Origin: Lama guanicoe
Taxonomy: Eukaryota
Assembly (NCBI GenBank): GCA_013239625.1
Contig: MU054323.1
Coordinates: 9,889,186-9,953,185 of the forward strand
Reading direction: 5' to 3'
Length of the DNA: 64,000 nt
In this document: positions 55,641 to 64,000 of the stretch, in pieces
Layout of the letters: each line of letters begins with the position of its first letter
Position numbering within the stretch: position 1 is the first letter of the stretch
Position numbers and translations under genes: made by a program
Notes under the pieces: generated by a model
What the model saw: only the letters and a program-made list of their open reading frames with translations
Told to the model about the DNA's origin: nothing
The model's database searches: none

Positions 55641-57719
55641 AACTTAAAGCTTCTGATTCTTTTTCATACTTCTTATTCCATGAAATGAAAACTATAAAAC
55701 AACTCTTCACTGAGTTTACTTAGCATTGCCCCTTATCCAGATAGATAAGCTTCTTGCTGTTTTTGTTGTTGTTGGCTATTCCAGCCAGGTACATTTGCAT
55801 CTTGTTGGTGTATGAAAAAAGGAATTACCTAGTAGATTTTATCTTTGTTCTCTTAAGTATTCATTTAACAGCTAATTTGTGAGTTAGACACCAAGTTCAG
55901 TGTCATAAGGGTTTATTATAAAGAAGTATTACATCATCCTTGCCCTGAAGTTTGTTGCATTATGATAGCAAGACATGCTGTTAGAAATTTAGTTAAGTAT
56001 TCTATGCAGTTATTAAGAGCCCAGTACTGGCATACTGCCAACTAATTTTTCAGTCATGTATCCTAAAATAAACTCAAGTTATGATAGTAGCTACAAACTG
56101 GCTTACAGTAATAATACTCTATATTTGCATTGTCTTTATAAATTTATATTTTCATGTAAATTATCTTATCCTCACAAAAATACCTGTGAGGGTTGTAGCA
56201 TTCTTATTTTATAGCTAATGAAACTGAGGACCACGGAAGCTGAGATTTACTCAAGATCATAGATCAATTAAGTGTCAGAGCCAGAATTTGACTTCACATC
56301 TAATGAATTCCCAGTGTTCTGTTTTCTCTGACATCTAGGTTAGTTCATATCTCTCACATTGGTTGGTTTAGAAAATGCGTTTATATCTATTATTTTATCT
56401 CAGGAACTAAATAACATAAGTATTCTCTCCATTTTTCAGATGAAGTTTGGCTTAGAAAGGTTATGACTTTTCTGTGGTCACTTACTAAGTGTTATGTTCT
56501 CTGGCCTATATGGCACAATATCGTAACTGTTTTCTCTGTCAGCTACTACTTGACTCCAGGTTAGGAATTTAGAAAGCAGTATTATGTGATATAAGCAGTA
56601 CTTTAACTGGGCACTCTTTCCCTTATACACCTGTCAAATAAAGAACTTATTCTTTCATTTCAGATAATATGAATTCTGTAATCTGTCTCCTTTAAAAAAA
56701 AAAAAGAAAAGAAAAACACTTTCGCTGCTGCAGAGAAGCTAAGGGCCAGGCTTTATTCTTAACCACATCAGCTCTATTACCTTTTATTACTGGCATGTCT
56801 GCTTTCCCCCTTTAGCCAAATTTTCCCTTTTGGGTCCTAGTTTAATAAAAAAAAATTTTCATTTGCTCTTTTTGTCAGCTGCTTCAAATCTTTTTCTGGA
56901 AAGAGATGAGGTATGATTAACTTGGAAAATATATGTGAGGCTTCTCTAGAAAAGGGTGAAGACTAATCCCTACTTACTCTAATCTTATTATCTTCGTACC
57001 TTTTTGGACATTGGCTCCTCTGAGGTGGAATTTGTTTAGGTTGATGATAGCTTAATTTCTGGTTAAGCTTTGTTCACAGATTATGGAGGATACCAATCCA
57101 GTGAGAAAGAGATTCCAATTCCAGTCCCTTTATGCATCATGGAAGGTAGCAATTTTATCAAGGGGAAACTTTTTTTCTGTTCTTGTTATGTTCTCTGGCC
57201 TGATTGGCACTATATCATCATAACCATTTTCTCTGTCAGCTACTGCTTGATTCCAGATTAGGAATTAGAAAGCAGTAGTATTAGAAAGAAGCAGTGCTTT
57301 GAACAAAATAATCCAATGACAGCATGCAGAAGAGACCCAATATAAGGGAAAGGGCTTTGGAATCTGCTTAACGTGCTATAGATCAGGAAGCAAGATGTAA
57401 ACCTAGTGTTGAAGATGGCAATGCTGAAGAAAAATCAGTATTACTAAATTATAATTGTCATTGCTTGGCGACCAGTTGGATGTAGGGCGTATGAGAGAGT
57501 GAGCTGTCAGAATTTCAAAACTGTAACAAAAAGAATAATGAATTCCATAATGGAAACAGGGAAGATTAAAGAAGCAAACTGATTTATTGGGAAGATAAGA
57601 AATTTGGTATTAGAGATATGAATTTAAGGTAGTAAGTGACTGGTCAAACAGGTATGAATAAGATGAGTCATTAGGTGATGTTTACAGCTTGGTAGTAGAT
57701 AAGAGATCCAAGATGAAGG

Positions 57720-58030
57720 TAATGTTAATACTTTTTGAACACGTGCCAGGCATTTTTCTTGGTACTGCACATGTATTAACTCTCATAATTCTTTTTTTTA
57801 AATAGACTATTCTTTTAGAGTAGTTGCAGGTTTACAGCAGAATTGAGCAGAAAATACAGATAAACTCTCACAATTCTTACAGCTAGCTAGGTAATCCCAG
57901 AGGAGGAAACTGAGGCACAAAGAGGCTAAAAGACTTCTCCAAGCTCACACAATTAGTAAAGCATCACAGCAGTCGTAGGCAGTCTGACTCCAGAGCCAGT
58001 GCTTTTAACACCTATACTATGCTGCCTCCT
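57720..58030 (-). mobile_element. MIR with a nested short L1MC-like insert
   Basis: gaggaaactgaggcacaaagagg MIR core; insert 57794-57862 with 16-bp TSD. Confidence 0.75.
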
Positions 58031-59559
58031 CAGATCACAGAAGTAGAGTACATATAGAGAAAGACAGGTGGCCAAATATTTACTTTAAAAAAACACCCAC
58101 CAAAGCCTCAACCAAAAAATCTCTAAAAATAACAGAAGAGTACGATAACATTTCTAGTAGGTCAAGTGCTACCAATGTTTCAGAGAAGTCACTTTCATAG
58201 AGCCAAAGGATTTGAGAACTGGAAGTGACCTGTTTTCTCACATATAAAAGACCTTGAGACTCAGAAAGTTACGTAATTCGCCTAAGGTCATAGAACTAAA
58301 TAGAATTAAGTCCAAAGTCCTGCTCTTTTGAACTTGGTATGGTTTTCTTTTTAGTTCACTATTGTTATCACCACAACATTCTAATTATATATGTGTGTAT
58401 AAAATATATGTAAACATATATTTAAAAGTAAACAAGTGTGTGTGCATGCATTTTTGTAGCTGGGTTAGCAGCTGGAGAGACTATGATGCCTAGCTTATTG
58501 CAGAAAGAACAGTACCAAATCTATATTGTGCTCTTTGCTTCATATTTCCCTCTGCTGTTCTCAGTAGATTTTGCTATAGAAGTCCTACAAAAATCATGTT
58601 GTTGAAGGTTCATAATGTCAGTGGCCTCTTTATCATTAAGAAATATTTAATGCCTGCATAATATTGTGGAGAAAGCACTTGAAAGAGGCATATGAGAAAC
58701 TATTCCTGCCCAGAGGGAGCTTTCAGTAGAACAGGTAACATGCATAAAGAGATAAATCTGAGTGCTAAAATTTATATGCTGAGTCCTAGTATAGTATAAA
58801 CAAGAAAATCTGAAATCTGGAGTTTTTAGGAAGGTGGGACTTATACAAATAAAGGGAAAGGAGATTCCAAACATGGAAAATAAAGATATAGAATAGACAT
58901 AGAAATGTTGAGAAAAACAGTAGATAAATATGCAAGGCATAAGAAAATTTGATATTCTACTTCCTCACCTTGGGTATCTCTGAATCTAGTTTTCATTGTC
59001 ATAGAAATGTTTATATTTAGAGATAACATCTTTATTTACCTCTACCTTTTTAAAGATATGTAACTTTATTACATGTCTTTGGTTGAAAACTTTTTTGATG
59101 GATTTACGAAGCAGATAATAACATAAATTCAATCCTAAAATACGCTTTAAAAATTAGCATAGCTGATACTCTTTATGCATTGTCTTGGGGTGCACAATAA
59201 CCCCATTTTCTGGGGAACTGGTCTTAATCTGGGGGTTTTAAGATTTTCATTCTTAACAACAAAAGCCTTTTTTCCTCCCAAATAAAATTTTACACACAGT
59301 CCCCTAAATTGAAGTTCTCCACATGCTCTGTCTTTCCTTAGCCCCTCCTGGGACCCCCTAATGTTGTTTGTGAAACCAGTTTGAAAGTCACTGGTCTGGG
59401 CAATTAATAAAGCACTGTCTGTCTCTAAAATTCTGCAGCTCTCATTTATCTTGGGTCATTGATTACTGCAACTAAAATTTTTGCTTAGAAGTAACATTCT
59501 AACAGTTTATAAGTTTTAGACACCATGAGGTCAGCATGTAGGTATATTTCCCTAGTTTA

Positions 59560-59900
59560 AATGGCTATCATTTGTCAGGTATTTACTGGTTTTTACATGT
59601 ATCTAACCTTCAAAACAATCCTATGAGGCAGATAGTATCCCCAGTTTTAGATATGAAGAAACTGAGGCTCAGAAAGGTTAAGTATCATAAAACCGGCAAG
59701 TGGCAGAGCCAGGATAAGAAACTGAGTCTATCCTGACTCTAATGGCAGTATTTATTTCACATATAGTGAGGAATCTTAAGTACCTTATAAGTAATTCCTG
59801 ATCTAATCTTTGCAACAACCCTCTAAAATAGACACTGTTATTCTCAACATACTACAGAGACGAGAAAACTGAGGAAGAGAGAAGTTAAGCAACTTACCTG
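59560..59900 (-). mobile_element. Two adjacent MIR fragments
   Basis: gaagaaactgaggctcagaaaggttaag and gaaaactgaggaagagagaagttaagcaactt cores. Confidence 0.7.
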
Positions 59901-60343
59901 TGTTCTTATTCACCATTTCTCTTGCCGTAATTGCAAACATTTTAAGATTAGCCTAACATACATATCTGGAAACCTCAATTAAAATATTATTTTCAATTCA
60001 GTATGTTCTAAAGTTAAGAATTACGTATTGTTTTGGGCTAACTGTATAATCTTTCCCAAACTTAGAATATCCAGAATTGAAAAACCTGAAAGGACACTTC
60101 AGACTTATTTCCTATTTGAAATAATTTAAATTTGTCAATTATTATCTTAAGGATCCAAGCAACAAAGCATTTTATGAGTAATACTGCCTTATCTGGAAAT
60201 GCTTTAAAAAAAAAAAAGAAACTGGTGACAGATTTTTAGATCTAGTTTTAGAGATAGCTGTCTTGGAGCTGTAATTTTTTTACTTAATTTAAGTAAATTT
60301 TAAAATCTTATTAAAAATTCTAAAAGAAAGCTTTTCACTATAG

Positions 60344-60652
60344 GTTATGGCCATTGCTCCAACTCATTATATATGGCAACGAGAACGCTCTGTGCATCAC
60401 AGTGGAGCTGTTAGAAACTACAACAGAGATGAAGTTCAACTGCCCCGGGGACCTAGTGCCACACCAGTAGATTGTTCACTCTGTGGCAAAAAAGGAAGAT
60501 ATGTTAGACTGGGATTGTCTTCATCATCGTCTTCATCCAGTGATACAGCAGAGGTGGTGGAGAAACATTCTCAGGAATCACACAACTCACTCTCAATGGA
60601 CATAATAGTTGATCCTTCTCAAGCTTATAGCTATTCTCAAGGTATGATTTAG
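60344..60652 (+). CDS. SPDYA: SPDYA coding exon (VMAIAPTHYIWQRER...DPSQAYSYSQ); donor after 60641 for the long isoform, or read-through to GMI* (TAG 60650-60652) for the 286-aa isoform
   Basis: ctatag acceptor; 552+309 = 861 nt = 286 aa plus stop; AAG|gtatga donor. Confidence 0.97.
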   Translation, partial: VMAIAPTHYIWQRERSVHHSGAVRNYNRDEVQLPRGPSATPVDCSLCGKKGRYVRLGLSSSSSSSSDTAEVVEKHSQESHNSLSMDIIVDPSQAYSYSQGMI

Positions 60653-61499
60653 CAATATGTGAGAATTAGATGTATGCAAGTTATTAATAAATCCAAGTTA
60701 TCCTTTGGCCTGTAATCATCCCTACAGGCAGGAGTACATAATAATTTATATATTACAACAATATGAGTTAAATTAGTATTGAAAGTTTTCCCCTTTTCAG
60801 TTACTACTTTTTGTCTTGGTATCTGTTTTGTGGTAGCTTACCTAAACTAAGAGATTTTTAATGTGACTTTTGTTAAATTGAAACCGAATACACCATGGAT
60901 TCAAGTATTTTAAGAGCCTGAACCACTTTCTTTGAAATGTTTATTTTATTCAAAAGACGTTTTAACAAGAAAATAAATTTACTTATAATCTCACCATCCA
61001 GCTCTATCAGTGATTAACTATTGGTTTTCTTCTACAATTTTAAAAATTGGGATAAAATTCTATTAGTTTTAGGTGTGCAACATAATGATTTGATATATGT
61101 ATACGTTGCAAAATGATTACCACAATAAGTTTAGTTAACATCCATCACCACATACAGTTACAACTTTTTTTCTTGTGATGAGAACTTTTAAGATACACTC
61201 TCTTAGCAACTCTCAAATATACAATATTGTTAACTATAGTAACTATGCTGTACGTTGTATCCCCAGAACTTATTTATCTTATTGGAAGTTTGTACTTTTG
61301 ACCACCTTCACCCATTCCACACCCTTCCTTGCTGCCTCTGGCAACCACCATTTGATGGTGTAGCTATGAGTTCGGGTCTTTTTAGATTCTACGTATAAGT
61401 GAGATCACACTGTATTTGTCTTTCTCTGTCTGATTTATTTCACTTAGCACAATGCCCTCAAGGTCTATCCATGTTGTCACAAACGGCAGGATTTCCTTT

Positions 61500-61624
61500 T
61501 TATTTTAGTCTTGTCTTTTCTGAGCGGGTAGGTAATTAGGTTTATTTATTCTTAGAGGAGGTACTGGATATTGAACCCAGGACTTCATGCATGCTAAACA
61601 TATCACTTGAGCTATACCCTACCC
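61500..61624 (-). mobile_element. Vic-1-type SINE nested in L1
   Basis: ggtaattaggtttatttatt...ttgaacccaggac...gagctataccctaccc; TSD aggatttcctt on both sides. Confidence 0.88.
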
Positions 61625-61651
61625 ATTAGGATTTCCTTCTTTTTTTAATAT

Positions 61652-61658
<7 letters not shown>

Positions 61659-61698
<40 letters not shown>
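61659..61698. repeat. (GT)n microsatellite, about 20 units
   Basis: Direct observation. Confidence 0.95.
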
Positions 61699-61701
<3 letters not shown>

Positions 61702-62149
61702 GTCACATTTTCTTTATTTTCTTTATCCATTCATCTGTCAATGGACACTTAGGTTGTTTCCATTCTATGTCTTAACTGTTGCAAATAATGCTGTGGTGCA
61801 GATATCTTTTCAAAATAGTGATTTTGTTTCCTTCAGATAATTATCCACAAGTAGAATAACTGGATAATATGGTAGTTCTAGTTTTAATTTTTTGAGGAAG
61901 CTCCATACTGTTTTCCATAGTGTCTGCATCCAACAGTACATTAAAGTTCCCTTTTTTCCACATCCTCACCAACACGTGCTATTTCTTGTTAACAGCCATT
62001 CTAACAGGTGTAAGATGGTATCTCATTATGGTTTTTATTTGTATTTCCCTGCTTATTAGTGGTATTAAACACCTTTTCATGTACCTGTTAGCCATTTGTA
62101 TGTCTTCTTTGGAAAAATGTCTACTCATTTCCTTAACCCAAAAAATTTA

Positions 62150-62221
62150 AAAAAATTTTTAATTGAAGTATATTTGATTTACAAAGTTGTGTTAGTTTTT
62201 GGTGTACAGCATAGTGACTTA

Positions 62222-62277
<56 letters not shown>

Positions 62278-62575
62278 CTAGGTTATTATAAGCTGTTGAA
62301 TATAGTTCCCTATGCTATACAGTAGGACCTTGTTGTTTATCTGTTTTGTATATAGTAGTTTGTATCTGCTAATCCCGGACTCCTAGTTTATCCCTCCCTC
62401 TCACCGCTTTGGTAACCATAAGTTTGTTTTCTATGTCTGTCTGTTTCTGTTTTGTAAGTAAGTTTGTTTGTGTCATCTTTCTTACATTCCACATGTAAGT
62501 GATAGATAATATTTGTCTTTATCTGACTTACTTTACTTAGCATGATCATCTCTGGATCCATCAATGTTGCTGCAA
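62150..62575 (-). mobile_element. Younger L1 3' fragment nested in the older L1; contains (AT)n at about 62226-62266
   Basis: Closely similar to the L1 at 7530-7940 (attgaagta...tttac...gttgtgttagtt...cagtaggacct). Confidence 0.85.
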
Positions 62576-64000
62576 ACTCCTCTGCCTATTTTTTTACTTG
62601 GATTTTTTTCTATTGAATTGAATGAGTTCTTTATATATTTGGGTATTAACTTCTTGTCAGATATATGATTTGTAAATATTTTCTCCCATTCTGTAGGCTG
62701 CCTTTACATTTTGTTGATGGTTTTTTTTACTTTACATCAGCTTTGTAATTTGATGTAGTCTCACTGTTTATTTTTGCTTTTGTTGCCTTTGCTTTTAGTG
62801 TGAAATCCAAAAACCAGTTGCCAAGACCAATGTCAAGGACCTTACCCCTCTGCTTCTTCTAGGAGTTTTGTAGTTTCAGGTCTTACATTCAAGTCTTCAA
62901 TCCATTTTGAATTGATTTTGTGCATGGTTTAAGATAGTGGTTCCGTTTCATTCTTTTATACGTATCTGTCCAGTTTTCCAGCCCCATTTATTGAAGAGAC
63001 TATTCTTTCCTAAGTGTATCTTTTTGGCTCCTTTGTCATAAATTAACCATATATGTATGGGTTTATTTGTGGTCTCTCTGTTCTGTTCCATTGATCTATG
63101 TGCCTGTTTTTATGCCAATACCATGTTTTGATTGCTGTAGCTTTGTAATATATACACTTTCCTATTTCTATTTAAAAAATAGAACTATACTATATTTACA
63201 CTTAGTTTTTTCACTTATCATAAAGCATTTCCCTGTCATTATTTAGTCTTTGAAACCTGATTTTTAGTTATGACATGGTATAAGTACCACCATTTATTTG
63301 TATATTTCATTTTTTATTGGAATTTAAGTGGTTTTGAACAATGGTATCTTATATTAATTTGAAAATAATCATATGAATTGGAAATACTTTTAGTCAGTCA
63401 CACTTAATTTTCATTTAAATTGTATTTATAAAGGTAGAGTGTTTCTCTGACATTTCTCAATTTGAAACAGAACCAAAATAATATTCTACCAGCAGTGATC
63501 CTTTTTACTTCTTATATACCCTTTGTCCCAGATTTTCACCCATCTGAATATAGGACTCATAGATATCTTATGGTTCTAATTCTATAATGAGACTCACATC
63601 ATTTCACAATTTCACCTGTTTATTTTTACCACATCCTTATGAGATTAGCAGTGGCTACTAAAGTTTTACTAAAAAGAAACTAGACTATTAAGACTCTTGA
63701 AGGTAAGGGGCATGCCTCAGTCATTGTTCTATCCCCTGGCCATAGTAATCACTAAACAAATTTGACTGACAGTATAGTCTCTTCCCTTATAACACCTCCA
63801 AGCATTTTTACTTGTTTATTCATATTTGAAGGTAAGTGGGGTCTACCATAGTCTAAATTATAAAGTAAGAGTTGCCTTTTAGCATCCCTCCCCTCTCTCC
63901 TAGTAGCTCCTTTTCCCTACACTCTTTAATCCTTATAATAGGTAAGATTTACTAGATGTTTAAAATGGTCCATGCAATGTGTTAAGCATTTTATATTCAT

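Larger units (their letters stand above)
61020..63155 (-). mobile_element. L1 (L1MA9-like) 3' portion with nested SINE, younger L1 fragment and microsatellites
   Basis: Continuous antisense L1 3'UTR and ORF2 text (catcctcaccaacac, ccattctaacaggtgtaagatggtatctcatt, ccatttattgaagagact). Confidence 0.9.

Overview
Mammalian genomic DNA, very probably camelid given the tRNA-derived Vic-1-type SINEs and camelid-type L1 3' ends. It holds two head-to-tail + strand genes. (1) PPP1CB (PP1-beta catalytic subunit): the tail of its CpG island, intron 1, coding exons 2-8 with canonical GT-AG sites, the stop at 32955 and a long 3' UTR. Exon 1 lies upstream of the window. (2) SPDYA (Speedy/RINGO A): a CpG-island promoter at about 41.3-42.2 kb, a predicted short 5' exon, and five coding exons. 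The last of these either stops as a 286-aa short isoform or splices to an exon beyond the window. The rest is intronic or intergenic, with L1, L2, L3/CR1, MIR, LTR and hAT/Tigger fossils. No prokaryotic-type system is present. The most interesting observations: an in-frame, strong-Kozak upstream ATG predicting an N-terminally extended SPDYA; frame compatibility for a PPP1CB-SPDYA read-through fusion; a SPDYA splice acceptor apparently built from antisense L1; intronic polyadenylation giving the short SPDYA isoform; and a 24-bp templated insertion inside a MER33. Repeat family names and comparisons to human/mouse proteins are from memory, not from searches.
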